From assembly GCA_030704615.1 (NCBI GenBank), contig CM060731.1, positions 70,804,001 through 70,868,000 of the forward strand: a stretch of 64,000 bases of DNA, written 5' to 3'. The position numbers and the translations under genes are program-made. Every line of letters begins with the position of its first letter. Position 1 is the first letter of the stretch. This DNA comes from Takakia lepidozioides (taxonomy: Eukaryota; Plantae; Bryophyta). Of the stretch, positions 1 to 13,610 are shown in pieces. The notes beneath the pieces are model-generated. The model ran no database searches, was not told the DNA's origin, and worked only from the letters and a program-made list of their open reading frames with translations.

Positions 1-516
1 CAAGGTTTCCGGGCTTGGGCCTCGGTCGTGAAGGCGTTTCTGCCACCATTGTTGAGCATAGCCCCTCAAATAGGTGGGAGCCACTTCCACCCGATCCTCG
101 TCACTCAACTTGGCCGCCCGGAAGTACTGCTCTAGCTCCAGGAGCCAGGTGTTGAGTGCCTTCCGGTTTCGAACGCCCTCGAAGGTGCCGGGTTCCTTAG
201 GCTTCACCTTAAACTTTGCCTTGGTGGAAGTGGCATTAGCCGCCTTCAACACGTCTTTCAACGTCCCGCCAAACTGCGCCAACAACCCTTCCCAAAAGGC
301 TGCCGGCATTGGAGGCATCTCTTGGTTTGTCGGAGCTCTCAAAGATTCCTCGGGCTCCGACTCCTCGGATTCCTCCCGCTCCTGAGCGGCCTCGTTTTCG
401 GAAACATTAATCGCTTCCTCAAACGGCCGCCTCGGTGACACGTCGCCCCCATCGGGCTCACCGGGGTCATCATCTTTTGGGCCGTTCCGCTTTCGCTTCG
501 GCTTGCCCGACCCCAT
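1..516 (-). CDS. gag: Ty3/gypsy retrotransposon Gag, N-terminal part (runs off the window; missing from the ORF track)
   Basis: Manual translation from ATG at 516: MGSGKPKRKRNG...KVKPKEPGTFEGVRNRKALNTWLLELEQYFRAAKLSDEDRVEVAPTYLRGYAQQWW, a typical Ty3 capsid motif. It lies directly downstream of the PBS and LTR. Confidence 0.9.
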   Translation of the reverse strand, partial: MGSGKPKRKRNGPKDDDPGEPDGGDVSPRRPFEEAINVSENEAAQEREESEESEPEESLRAPTNQEMPPMPAAFWEGLLAQFGGTLKDVLKAANATSTKAKFKVKPKEPGTFEGVRNRKALNTWLLELEQYFRAAKLSDEDRVEVAPTYLRGYAQQWWQKRLHDRGPSPETL

Positions 517-557
517 GATGAGGCCAATCCCAAGGACGATCGCGTACTGAACTCTAA

Positions 558-569
558 GCTCTGATACCA
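558..569 (-). promoter_or_regulatory. Primer-binding site complementary to tRNA-iMet
   Basis: gctctgatacca is the reverse complement of TGGTATCAGAGC, 2 bp from the LTR edge. Confidence 0.92.
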
Positions 570-571
570 AG

Positions 572-1295
572 TGTCGCACACCTCGATTCGGTAAACTCCC
601 CTTCAAGTCATAGTTACTCGCTTTGATGCGCGCGCCTGACTCCCAATCTGGCCGCCGGGCCAACTTGGAGTTTCGGCTGCTCACCGGGACATAACGGTCC
701 CCTTCCGCTTCCCTCTAAACCCTCCACCTATTTGGGACTAGGAGAATTCCCTTTGGTAGATGGCAGTCCGGAACAGCTCCCCACTCTTTGGTCGCTTTCC
801 GGCTCGCTCGCTTACTCACTAGTTTTTGGTCACCAACGGGCTTGCACCGTTCTCGGGGTTACTACTCCCTATATATACTTCTGTAGCTGTCCGCGGGGGT
901 TTCATAACCAGCCATGCCATTTTATGGCGAACCACCACGAAAACCCTCGACTCCCGGTGGTGAGTCGCGGTGAGTCTTGGCCCACTCACCGCGGCCCCAA
1001 TGGACCGTGATGAGTCCCAAGACTCCCCACGACTCCCACCTCGAGGTCTCCACCCCATGGTGAGTCCTATGCCACCCCCACTAAGTCCCACTAAGCTACC
1101 ACCACCCCTTGTGGAGCCACCTCCACCGCAACCCGGTGTGCGGGGCTCCACCTAGTGAGCGCCTCCGCCTCCTTGAGTGCCTTGGGCACTCAAGGGTGCT
1201 TCAGCCCCCCATACCTATCGCCGCCGCTGCCCCCACCACAGGGGCAGCCCCTCATGTGTCCCGACCCCCTGCCCTCAAGGCAAAGGGCCGCGACA
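572..1295 (-). mobile_element. 5' LTR of Ty3/gypsy element
   Basis: Inverted termini TGTCGC...GCGACA, adjacent PBS, and a near-identical copy at 52277-52988. Confidence 0.92.
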
Positions 1296-2749
1296 TATTT
1301 GCTTGGAATGAGGAAACATCCCACTGTTTCAAGCTATCTTAAGAAAAAAAGGATAGGGTTGAGTTTTTTTCCAAATGTTTCAAACGATCCCAAGTTTAGC
1401 CCACTCTGGGATTTTATTGAGGACAACGGTTTTAAGAGTCTCAGATATGATGCTTCAAAATAAATTATTTCTGATCAATCCCATCTCACTCGAGCTATTG
1501 AATATCTTCATGGATTCTGTTTTTCATTTCCTTGGAATCACACATGTGAAAGATATGGTACTTACATTTTGACTCATTTTCACATGAATTCTTGACGCAC
1601 ATTCCGGGCAATCCCAAGACTCTGATATAAACCTTCATACGGGGACATGATTATATCTAGTGACCTCCACTGTTCAGTGGAGTTCACATTCGTGCACTCC
1701 CGGATTTATGATTATGTCTCTTTGGCAGGTTTAAGGAGATGCTGACGACGTCATCGGTTCCTCAAGTCCCGTAAAGGAACCCTCCGGATCAGCAGTGAGT
1801 CGGAGTATTGAAGGCTTTCCGAGGGTTCACGATGGTGCTCAAATTGAGGGTGGATCCTCTGTCAGACCCTTGTCCTCCCGGGAAGCTGGCGACACTCTTC
1901 TCCTCTCGGGTCTTCTTGGGTGTAAAGTCCAAGGTGCAGGTGAAGAACACAAATATCCCGGAGACTTTATCGACCTTTCCCAACATTCCTCACCTTCCCT
2001 GTTCAGTATGCAGGGTCTGGTTTATCCAACTCGCAGGGCAACCGTCGGGGACTCGGCTACGGCTCCGCTACACCTGCTTCCATCTCTTCCTCGCATATCT
2101 CCCCAGCACGAGGGTTGGACAGCCCAAATCCGCAGGAGTCAAGTGACTTAAACTCATTTCTCGCTCCTTGCTCATTCTCCTAGTTTCACTTAGTTTGGAG
2201 TCTGACAGGTAGAGATTGAACACGGCCTGCTAAGACCAAGCTGAATCTCCCAAGAACCTTGCAAACAATGTTAGGAAGAATACCAAATCATGGTACTGAC
2301 AGGAGCCAAGAGCCCACCTTTACAGGATATACAAACTTCTTCAAATCGTACATTAAGAAAAAACGACACCCTTCCCCCATCATTTGCTTGATCCTTCATC
2401 TGCCAAGACAATCTTTTCATCAAGTCTTCAGCTCAGCATGGATTTCCTCAATTCGTTGAGAGCTTGCAGCTTGCAAAGTGAACGATGGCGGAAAACGCAG
2501 ATATAGAAGATCAAGATCCGGGCATTTCGGGCAGTTCCAAAAACGTTGGTGCGACAATTTTCTATTGGCGTATTTCGGGCGGGCAGTCCGGGCAGATTGA
2601 CAAAATTTGACGACGAAACGTGGTGACGATGACGTGGCGACGAAAACGTGGCACTTTGGCACCCTATTCCTGCTCTACGCTAAACTTGCTTCCGACCTTC
2701 GGTCGTTGCTAGAATATTTACATATCAAGATTTCTGTGAAAGAACCTTC

Positions 2750-3345
2750 TAAGGGGGTCCCTCTTGTGACGCCGGAGAGGTGCAACCTCCGCAGCCTTAG
2801 TGCCCAGCCCAGTGTCGTCGCCGTTGTTGCAGCCCTAACGCCCGACGCGGCCCCTAGCAATGTCCTTGCGATGCCCTGAGCTGGCTACGACACCCTAAGC
2901 TTGTTGCGACGCCGCTGAGGGGCCGCAATGCCAAAAAATGGAAATGAGAGGCATGGGCATCGCTGCCTCAACAACTACTGCCGCCCCAACAGCTAGCGTC
3001 GCAGCGCTGGGTGCCCCCCAAGCAACTGGCATTGCAGCTGGCGTCGCAGCATCGGGCACCCCAGCTCGGGATGCCCCCATCGACGCTTTTGCGACGCCGG
3101 GAGGTCGCAACGCCCAAAAAAAAAAAAAAAAACATTGCAACCCTCTGGCGTCTGTACCGTGCGACGGCGGGGCGTCGCTGGGGACGCTCAACGCTGGGGC
3201 TTCTGCAAGTGCGTCGCAAACTCCGACAGCTGCGATGCCCCGCCGTCGCAAGAGGTGGCGCGATGCCGTCATCGCTGGCATGCGCTCCCACCTGCGTTCG
3301 CCAACAGCGGGGCGTCGCAAACCCTCCCCCCCTTTTGCAGTAGTG
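2750..3345. mobile_element. Right terminus of a CACTA (En/Spm) transposon with subterminal repeats
   Basis: Ends TTTTGCAGTAGTG (reverse complement CACTACTGCAAAA) at 3345. Many GCGACGCC/GGCGTCGC motifs occur in both orientations. The left end is not in the window. Confidence 0.7.
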
Positions 3346-3399
3346 ACTGTGGACCAACCCACTCGACAGTCAAGCCATTCGCCACTTCAAGGTTGAAGA

Positions 3400-5682
3400 G
3401 CATGTGAGATCGTGGCTTCTTGCCCTTGCTTCTCATGAAAATCACCTACAAGAAGTAACCATTGACCAAAGACGTATCAACACTATGAAAATAAAGCTGG
3501 TGCCACCACTTATGGTCCCGAGTTTGAACAATGTAATAGCCTCTCAACTAGTCCTGCACATCAACCCCTCTCATATGGCGTTGGTAGTGTTTCAGAATAG
3601 GGGAGGTAGGAACAGGTCTGCGTCTACCATTGTGCCACCTTTCAACAAAACAATTTGACCTACAAGGGCTGAAAGCGGTACTGATCAACAAAGTGACACA
3701 CTTCTTGTCAATCCATGCCAATGCAACCAATTGGTTGGATATGTGCATGCGGTACTCCATGGTCCCTCTCTCTCCATTCTTCCCCAATTCCAGACACGAT
3801 GGAAAGCCAACACGGTTAGTCTTCATAGTCCCAGTAGGATAGATTTGTTTGACATCTGCCAAATCTAGGAACAATTTTGGGCTGGAAAAGAAGTTATCCA
3901 TTGTAACAATGTGTCATTTCCCCTCAAAGCCTTCCAAGAGTCTGGTCACTACCGAGTATCCTTGCCCATTGCTCAAATCAAGGTACTCATCCTTCCCGCT
4001 CAGTAAACTTGATCCATCGTGTGGACATACTTGCTATTCTCACCAGCCAAGGCCCAAAGTGACAGGTTTTTTGCTCATATATATCTGCTGGAGGTTGGAG
4101 TACTTCCCTGTACTTCACCATCATCTCATCCACACACGAGTTTTGGTCTGGTTTCCAAAACTGTGCATACAGGTCATTTTGCTGCTCATCTGGTTTTGGC
4201 AATCTTATCATAAGTAGGGGCCCCCTTATCCACCTCCACCGTGTGGTTGTCCACCAAATGCAAACATCTGACTCAGAGAATGGCTTCCCATCAATGCCTA
4301 CTCATGATCCGGACAATGGAAGGACATTGAAAAACTCAGCACTAGCCTTCCAATACAATCTAGCAGTGTTAGGCAATTTTTTAATTCCCATGAGAATGAG
4401 AACTCCAACGAAGCTTTCAGTTCAGGAACAGTGACATGATACCACCACTTCCCTCCTTTCAGCCGGCCTCTCTAGTCCAAGGTCTGTGCATACAAATAGG
4501 TCATGCTACACACCTTCCGCTTTAAAGAGACAAGCCCGAACAAATTGAAGAAATCCACAGGTGAATGTGTATCATCAAAAGGAATGTTAGGCTCTTGCTC
4601 ACCCCCACTTCAAAGTACCTCTGACAACTGAGACTCAGTTGAATTCCACATATCATCTGCAAATTTTAGTTTAGGTGGCCACTCCTGCCAAGATTCTAGC
4701 AAGTCATAGAGGCCAAGCTCCTGGGTAGCATTCCCAGTATCGACACAGAAGTCCCACAGGTCAGGATCAATGTGAGCATCCTGGCAGTCCCTCATATCTT
4801 CATCCGGGTCAAAATCCATGTCTGAATTACAGATGTCACTATCGGAATCCTCAGCAGACAGATCATACATATTTTCGAAAGGTCCCAAGCCCAACATGTC
4901 ACCTATTGGCAAGGTCAAATCTGCAATGTCCATGCTAGTGCAGTGACTTGAGGGCAGTATGTGCACCCCAAGCCCCTCAAACAAAGAAACTCGCCAATTT
5001 TCAGTGCCAGCCTCAACGTCCCAACATGTGTCAAGTATTGTAATATATACAAACTCACTGGAATTGGAAGAACTTGCGAAATTCGGCAAGTCATGTATAG
5101 GCACCTTCACAGTGGAACCCACAACACCCAATTCATCTTCGAACTGACTGTTTGGTGCAACATCACTTAGACCAATAGGACATGTGAAGTCCTTAGAGTG
5201 TACCTTGGAGTCAAGGTACTTTCTTCAATGAATGCATCCTGACCATCAATGAAAGCATAGAGGTCGAAGAATTACCTCGGGCCCTTGCTTGGGCCTTCAA
5301 CCTCATCGTGACTTGTGATAGATGAGTCGTAATCGGGCCACACATAATCTCTCAAAACTGCATTCATCTCGGGTGAGAATCCACGTGGATTGTCCTCATG
5401 CTTATGATCAACCCAACCCAAAATGTGAGCACTAGTCTGTCTCTGCTAAAGATACCTGAAGTTGGAACGCTTTGGAAACCCGGACCACTACACCTTGTGT
5501 GGCCTTTTCAAGCAAAGCAAGAAATTGTCGTTCAATGCACCGACTAGCAAAGAAACTTGCTCTTCTGAAGCGCCCACACCTCTCGCCCACGTTGCAATGA
5601 CATACGTCTCTTGGAGAAAATGCTCGGGTGTAGGTGGAGGTAAGTTTGTAGACCCCATAATTTGTACTCTCGGGGAAGTCAC
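3400..5682 (-). pseudogene. Decayed piggyBac-like (DDE_Tnp_1_7 type) transposase with long N-terminal extension
   Basis: Motifs VDEMMVKY, TMDNFFSSPKLF, AWIDKKCVTLLIST, YQRHMRGVDVQD and HKWWHQLYF, broken by stops and frameshifts. Upstream fragments at 4610-5682 are collinear. Confidence 0.8.
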
Positions 5683-7772
5683 TCCCTTTATAGTTTAGGG
5701 AAGCACGTGCGATACAGAGGTATTTTCTATGGGGATATTATTATTTTTCTTTTTTCATCCACTCTATAATTAGTTAGTTTTATAATATACATAATTATCT
5801 GACAGGAATTTTTTTTTTAAATTTGACTGTAATCATCAAATATTTGACACCCTATAGTTACATAAGAGTAAAATAAAATTTACTTCAAGTGCAAAATATT
5901 TTATTGCTCAAATGCTTTAATGAAAGTGAGAAGAAAATAAAGCAACCCTAAATCAAAAACGTATCCTCCCTAAACCAAGTCCTCTCATCCATGCTGAGTC
6001 CAAGTTCCGTCATCCAGGTCCAACTAGACATTTATTAAGCCACAATACAAATATACCATAGAATGAACGACACATGTCCCTCGCCATTGTGGCACCCCTA
6101 TATTAGTTCTAAAAATATTATAAATTTTATCTTCAAATATTTGTTACCCTATATTTTTTTGCACGCCGTTTCGAAATAAATGGAAGTGGCTTCCTTGGTT
6201 TGTACTACTCGCTCACAAATTCACGACCTTCAACAAATCGAGAGCACCAACGTTCACTATGACTCGGGCTACGGTCTACTAAGCTCTAGGCAACCTACAG
6301 AGAATGGTAATCAAGCGCTCTCTCCCTACCAAGCCGTCAACACTTCAATGCACACAAAAATGGGCACAAACAGCAAAGTAAGAATTGAATAATCTCCCTT
6401 GCCGGCGGACATGAAAAGTGCATCAAACGCTTGGGTTCATACACATTGCAGGCAGGAACAAGAAAAGAACCAACAACGGAAACCTGCAAACATGCGGGGC
6501 ACATGCTGCCTATCGCGCGAGGTGGGTGCGAGCGAGAGTGAGAGAAGCACGGGAAATGGCAGGTTTCACGTTGGAACTGACCCCCCGCCGCTGTGGCCCC
6601 CTAACCCTAACCCTAAAATCGGATGGGGGGTGATTGGCTGTAGGATCCGGATCCTATATCTGGTAAGGAACAACATACTTAAATTGAAGCAATTCTGACA
6701 AAAATCAAAAACGTTATTCTATGTTTCTTGCTCTGCAAGGCTGATAACGGGAAGAATCCAAAATTATCATTCCCGGGCTTCAAAACAGTTCGTTTTCCTC
6801 TGAAAACTGTATATTGTCAATATGATTGTACTACTAGACATTGGCTTTGTCAACCCACATGTTTATTTGATGAATAAAGCAAATGCTCTAAAGTCCATTG
6901 AGCATTGCTTAAATTGTGATTGTAGTTTTGCATTTTTCATATCGGATAATCTGATCTGTCTTTTTTTTGTCGCCTAAAAGGTGGTATACGTTACTAGCAT
7001 GGAGCTCCACCTGCTTAACTTGCTTCATGGATGCACCCGGAGTTTTTGTGGTGTCTCGACTTGTCACAAAGCTCTAGCTCTCTAGCACTTATAGAAAAGT
7101 TGTTGACACGCTAGATCCACGGTTTAGTTGTTGAAGGAGATAAATTGTTGGATATGTGCTTTGCATCTATTAGATTAGATGTTCTGAAAATAGACGATCA
7201 ATTCATCTTCACAATTTCAACTCCTCGTGGGATCGATGTAACATCCTCTACATTTAACATTCCGATTCGCACGCAGTTCGGTCCTCCAACTTTCCCAGTT
7301 ACTAGAGGCTCTCCTAAGTTGTGGAACTCTCCTACACAATCTGATGACAAAAATAAACAGAGGCCTAATTATCACAAAAATAGGAACTCAAATTTGAAAA
7401 AAGTATTTAAATTTTGAGTGTGTCGTGCACACAAGCATCGTGTCACAACCCACATTGCTGTCTAATCACACTTCCTAGCATACCATCATAGAAAAGCTAT
7501 GTCACAATGATAGTGAAAGTGGAAACACAATGGCACACTCCACCAAGTGAAAATCCACTCAATCACATAATTTTTGTTAAGCCACGGGCACTTTTGCTAA
7601 AGGAATCCATCCTACAAAGCCCTCTACACACACTCTCTCAATACCTATAGCTATGGAAGTGAGAAAGACTCATAGAGGCTCAACTACAAGAAGATGAGCC
7701 TCGTCAATCGTCACAAGGCCCAGATGAAGTCCCAACACACAAAATACTAATATGAATATCCAAAATGTCTTA

Positions 7773-8048
7773 CCGTAGAGTCCTTCGATGTCCGGCGTTT
7801 ATTAATTCAAATTTTGTTTATCTGAAATATTCAGAAAAGTAATGACCTCAATGTCGAAGTGATAAAGAATTCCACATTAGTGTTATCCTCTAGAGGATAT
7901 ACTCTGATTACCTCCCTAGAGGTAATTTAAATGTATGTGACCAACTCGTTCAGAAATTTTAAAAATTTAAATTTAGGTGCCGGACCTACTTTCTCTGAAA
8001 TAATTAAATATTCAGCAGCAATGCGCCAGACATCCAAGGACTCTACGA
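7773..8048. mobile_element. MITE (Tc1/mariner-like), TA target duplication
   Basis: ~25-bp imperfect TIR CCGTAGAGTCCTTCGATGTCCGGCG / CGCCAGACATCCAAGGACTCTACGA, TA on both sides, AT-rich interior. Confidence 0.8.
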
Positions 8049-10242
8049 TAGTTAGCTAACCATGACTAAAACTTTGACAAGCCATTTGTAAGAAATTCTA
8101 GGTGGTTTGATTTTTTCAATATATGATTGCATATACAAATTCCAATCTGTGAATCACATTACATTGTTGCTCATTTGTACAATATTCTTTAAATATTAGT
8201 TCATTCATGTACCAAACATTCTTTGTAACTAAACAAACATCCAACTTCATTTTAGTATATCGATTTCAATTCTTCACACATGGGCCTCGACATAGGAGAC
8301 GCACTTGGATATATAGGGGCTTGCACTTGGACTTACACTGGACACTTGGACCACCGGCACAGACTAGTTTAGTACCCTAGTTTAGCACTAAAATAGACAT
8401 GCTGGACAGACCATAAACTTGTATATATTGCTTTTAAATTATCTAATTAAATTATTTGATATTAACACATCTCATCAACTAAGAGCCATTACATGATGAG
8501 CTGCTTGTTTTCTATGTTATTGGTCGATTTTAATTTGTTGGCTCCTCTTTAGAATAAAAATGAGACGTGCATGAGTGTAAAAAATCACTAAGCCCCCGTT
8601 GTGCCTCCCCAGGCGTTACCTCATCTCCTTTGCTGGAAACTACTTCATATGCTTCTTTTTTTTCAATTTTTTCATTTTTTTTCCAGAGAGGTCTGAGAGG
8701 GATCTTTAACCTCACATGACATATTTTGGAGGCTGATGAAGGCATATGCTTCTCAAGGTACTACGTCCATCAGATAACATGTTTCTTATTAAACAAGCTA
8801 TGAAATATAAATGGATGAATTTTCAGTTTATGGATGAAAGTATATTTCAGTGTTCGCAAGAGGAGCCATACGCGTCTAGCCGCTTGTTTTTGGACTGTCA
8901 TGATGCTGAACATAGGCCAAAAAAACGATTATACCCATCTTTCAGATAAATGCCATTCCGCACTATCCCTTATTTTAGCTTCTAGTCTGAGTCCAAAATG
9001 AACATGCTCCATTTATATAAGGGAAACATATTTTTATGCTATCAAAACTATTATAGAAATTAAGATATTCTTATAGCTGATGGAAATACAATTGGCCCGG
9101 CGGCCGGCCATGGAGATACACCCACAGCTTCACTAGCCGGCGCTTCACTATTATTATTATCCTTCATGGTTTGTACTCTGAGGTTATTTTTTCCTCTTTT
9201 CTATCAATATTTTTCAGGCCCTACCATCGGCCTTTCCTATAAAAAAGAAAAGAAAAACAATTATTATTGTTATTATTATTTGCCAAGATCTTGAACTTTA
9301 CCAAATGAGATTGTTGGCTCCCAGTGGGAACCTGAGTCATCTGCCTCCATGGCTATCTGTAAGGTTATTTTTTCCTTACTTTATTAATAAAGTTCTCCAG
9401 GGCCACTGTCCCCTGTTATCTTTAAAAATAAAAAAAAGTTTTACAGACTTAATCTCCATCAGGAGGTGGTTGCGTATTACACTGAATACGGTGTGTGTGC
9501 CTTATGGCGATAAGGGGGTTTTAATTTTTTTCCCCTTCAATAATTTATAATAAAGTAATCAGGGATTCAATCCCCCTGTTAAAAAAAAAAAAGAAAAAAA
9601 AAAGAGATTGTTGGCATGAGAAAGTCATCCAACAAAAATCCACATCTTTCCAAGAAAGAAGAAGAGAGAGTGTGACGACCGTGGGCGGAGACGGTTGGGG
9701 CACAGCTGCCAGTGACGACCATCCTTTTGGGCAGACATGGTGATGGCATCTTGCGTGGAGATGGTCGCGGAGGTTTGCCAATGCGAGACAGCCATGCACA
9801 TCTCTGGGGGCCCACCGTCGTGCTGGTTGGCTTGACAGCAGGCTGCCACGGAGAAAAGAGCGTGACCCACCAAGGGATGGTCCCCCCCTGCGATGGAGAT
9901 AAGCGAGGAGTGTTTGCAACAAACTCTAACTTTTCATCATCGAAACGAATGGTTGGGTTGGGTGATGAGTGCACGGATGGGCTTTCGCGACCGGACGGTT
10001 GATGCAATGATGTGGGTTTATAGTGGCAGGTGGGAAAATTGAGAGGAGCAGCGAGGTAACAAACTCGCTCTCTCAGCGGCTTGCTCTCTTCCGATGGGGC
10101 CGGTGGGAAGCTGGAGAGCTGCAGCAAGGCTTGGCTGTTGCCAATTTTTCAATTTCTTTCTTAAACGTCTTTCAGGACTTACTCATGTTGCGTCGTCGAG
10201 CAGTTTGCTATAATCTTGCTGTCGTGAAGGGCACTGCTGAGG

Positions 10243-13200
10243 ATGGAGATGCCCAAAGGCATCGTGGAAGCTTTTCAATGGTGCATTTGCAGCCCGGGCA
10301 TGAGAAAACGATTGCATATGGGTGAGCTGGCAGTGGTGGCGGTGTTTTTGGTGCTCTATTGCTCTTTCTACAGCGGGGATCCCGCTTCTTCTGTGCTGCT
10401 CTCCTTTTCTTTTCTCTCTCGCCCATCCGCCACTGCTCTCACCAAGGAGGCGGCGCAGTCACAAGAGAGACCCTCAGTTACAATCAAGCCTCCCGTTCCA
10501 GCCGCAGATGACAGGGGGAACACCTTGCAAGACCCAGTAGAGAATTTTACAAATAGCACACAAGCTGTAGATTTTAATCGAAGCACATCAGTTGATTCGA
10601 ACCTAAATTCATCGTTTCAAAAGGAACCTGATACTGGATCATTACAAGACCCACCCAGGGCTCCGGCGGTAAGCAAGCGTAGTGATGCCAGCCTGGTAGG
10701 AAAGATTGACCTTCACACAGACTTATCAAATTCTAGCCAGAACCTTCAGAAATCAAGCTTTTCTTTGTCTCCAGGTCTTGGAGAGAGTTATGAACCATCC
10801 CAGGTTAAAATCGGCATAAATAGCTCTAAATTGAATCGCCAACTCCCAAAGGAAGAGGTGACCCCCAAGGATGGCGAGGCGCTGCATCAAGAACCTGACG
10901 CCCTGGAGCGGTCGACTGTGAATATCAACAGTGGTGCTCAGGACAAATTGCCATCTGAAGTGACCATACCTTTGAGTTCTGAGAAGAAGAAGAACCAGAA
11001 GGTGAGTGCTTTTAGTTACGAAAACTGATCGACTGTACTGATCTAGGTACCTTGGGCCCGATAAGTTTTCAGAAGACTCAACTTGTCTGCTGTTTGTTGA
11101 GGATCAGGTCTGCCTGATGGTACCAACAAACTGGCAACAAACATGGTGGTCCCGTATGTTAACCTCACACCAAGATTTCAATTTTGGAGTTTCAGTAATT
11201 GCCTGCAGCAAGTTAGTATTTAGGAATCGCACCTCCCATCAGTGAACTTGCTAGATTATAGATCTCAACTTGTCTGCCCACCAATTGTTTTGTGGACAAC
11301 CATAAGTGCATGTCTAATTCCTATAATCAACGAGCGCCATAGTCGATATATAATCTAGGGCGCCGTTCTACACAGGAATCCTTTCATAGCTACTTTTCAC
11401 TAACTTTCTCTTCTAATTACTAGATGAGGCAAGTTATCCAAGATCAGCTTAAACTACTTGGATGATCGAAAGACATCGTGAGGTCAATTAGCAATCAAAG
11501 AATTGAACTCATTTGGAACGTAGACATCTGAGCGTTTTGTAGGCCAACTATACTAGGTATTCTCGAGACGTGGCCTTGTCTTGAGCTTGATCATTAGTGA
11601 AAATGCCCTGTGGCAGCCTACTGAATTACCTTTCAACAGCACCGCAGCTCATTGTGACTCAGCCTGAAAAAGAGTCTCTGATGCCTCATCACAGCTGTGT
11701 GCAGAAGTATAGGTGGAGGGACAAGCTAGAGAACGAGTTAGAGGCTGCCAAGGAGGCTATAGCCAATGTTTCACCTGAGGCTGCTGATCCCAGTCTGTAT
11801 GGCATCATCTATCACAACGTCTCTGCCTTCTCTAAGTGCGTGTCTCACTCTTGCATGGTATAATATTTTGAATGGTGGTCCAGTCTTGGGTAAAGTTATC
11901 ATCAATTCTGAAATCTTGCCGCCATGCAGGGGTGGGGCCTTCACAGGGTGCCTGGGGGTAAGGTCATGATGGTTGCTCGAAACCCAGGTGGAAAGGGGCA
12001 AGTTAGTTCTTAGGGTTGTTGTACATATATAGTTCTCATGTTCACGATTATGTATGTGAGCTTGCTGATGTCAAGAGGATGAATTGCAGGAGTTATGAGA
12101 TGATGGAGAAGTCTTTTCGGGTATATGTGTACAGAGAGGGTCGAAAGCCACTGGTACACACGGGGCCCACGAAGGGCATCTACGCTTCAGAAGGGCAGTT
12201 TATAGAGCGCATGAGAAGCAATCGGTTTGTGGTGAAGGATCCCCGCAAGGCACACATGTTCTTCCTGCCTTACAGTGTGAAGCATATGGTGGACCATTTA
12301 TACGTCCCCAATTCCCGCCTAATGTTGCCGCTCTCCACATTCATAACCAACTACGTCGATATGCTTGCATCCCTCTATCCTTTCTGGAATCGCACGGAAG
12401 GAGCTGATCATTTTTTTGTCTCGTGTCATGACTGGGTATGCCCCTCTTCCTATACATCATTGGAAGGTTTGAACTTCTTGTGTTCCTGGCCCCTGAAAGT
12501 TGGCTTTTCTATTCCTCGAACTTCATCTGGGGTTAGAGTTACAACTCCAATGCGAAGCGTTGTGTGCCCACTTTTGTTTGAGTCCTACGTCAATGTATTT
12601 GTGGATCTTTGAATTCCACAGATGCAAACGTAGGTAGGGGCGCAAATTGATGGCCTTTACACAGATGCCTCATCATTGCGAGATCATTGCATAATTGAGC
12701 TAAACTGAACATTGGCTATGCAATTTTTGGGATCCTAGATATTACTGTCATGAATGGTATATATCTAATCGTGGAACGACTGTATAGAGTAGTAGCGACA
12801 CTTGCAGGAGCTGCGAGATACATTCTTGTCATATATTGCAAGTTATCTGCACATGAGGTTTCACGCGTCTTAGGAATCCATGTATTCATGGGCATCATGT
12901 GTTTGTGTAGGGACCTGCAACAGCCCGGGATCATGCGCAATTGCGGAAAAATGCAGTGAAGGTGGTGTGCAATGCAGATCGACGGAGGAGTTTGTGCTCG
13001 GAAAAGACGCCTCACTTCCTGAGATTTACGTCCACTCTCTCAAGCTGCGCCAACACATTGGTGGACCAGGGCCAGACAAACGCCCATATCTGGCGTTCTT
13101 CGCCGGACAAATGCATGGGCGGGTGCGACCCACGCTGATCAACTACTGGAAGGACAAGGACCCCGACATGAAGATCTACGAAGTGTTACCGACAGCGATT

Positions 13201-13610
13201 GCTCGGAAATTCTCATATGTGCAACACATGAAATCCAGCAAATACTGCATCTGTGCCATGGGTTATGAAGTGAACAGTCCCCGCATCGTGGAGTCTCTCT
13301 ACTACGACTGTGTCCCGGTTATAATTGCCGACTACTTTGTGCTTCCTTTCGGTGATGTGCTCAACTGGAACACGTTCTCGGTCACCATACCCGAAAGTGA
13401 CATTCCAAATCTAAAAGCTATACTGACCAGCATTCCGACAAAGCGTACAGAGGCATGCAAAACCGGCTGAAGAACGTGCGACAGCATTTTATATGGCACG
13501 AGGAGCCCGCTAAGTATGATGCCTTTCACATGATCCTTCACTCTGTATGGATGAGCCGACTGCACCAACTCGAGCAAACGTCCGACGACATTACTGCACA
13601 GCATTACTAA
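10243..13610 (+). CDS. Exostosin-family glycosyltransferase (GT47), 4 exons (~10243-11001, 11705-11835, 12090-12435, 12911-13610)
   Basis: N-terminal signal anchor. Motifs KSYEMMEKSFRVYVY, GIYASEGQF, GADHFFVSCHDW, SKYCICAMGYEVNSPRIVES and YDAFHMILHSVW. GT-AG introns. Two apparent 1-nt deletions (~12980, ~13445). Confidence 0.9.

Noticed and set aside
732-1342. Pro-rich ORFs (also 52184-52827 and 2895-3407)
   Set aside because: They lie within LTRs or GC-rich subterminal repeats and are spurious.
1296-2460. Possible exons of a CACTA gene
   Set aside because: Fragments look protein-like but carry no recognisable motif, so no call can be supported.
6598-6616. Telomeric CCCTAA repeats
   Set aside because: Only about three units, so telobox-like or chance.
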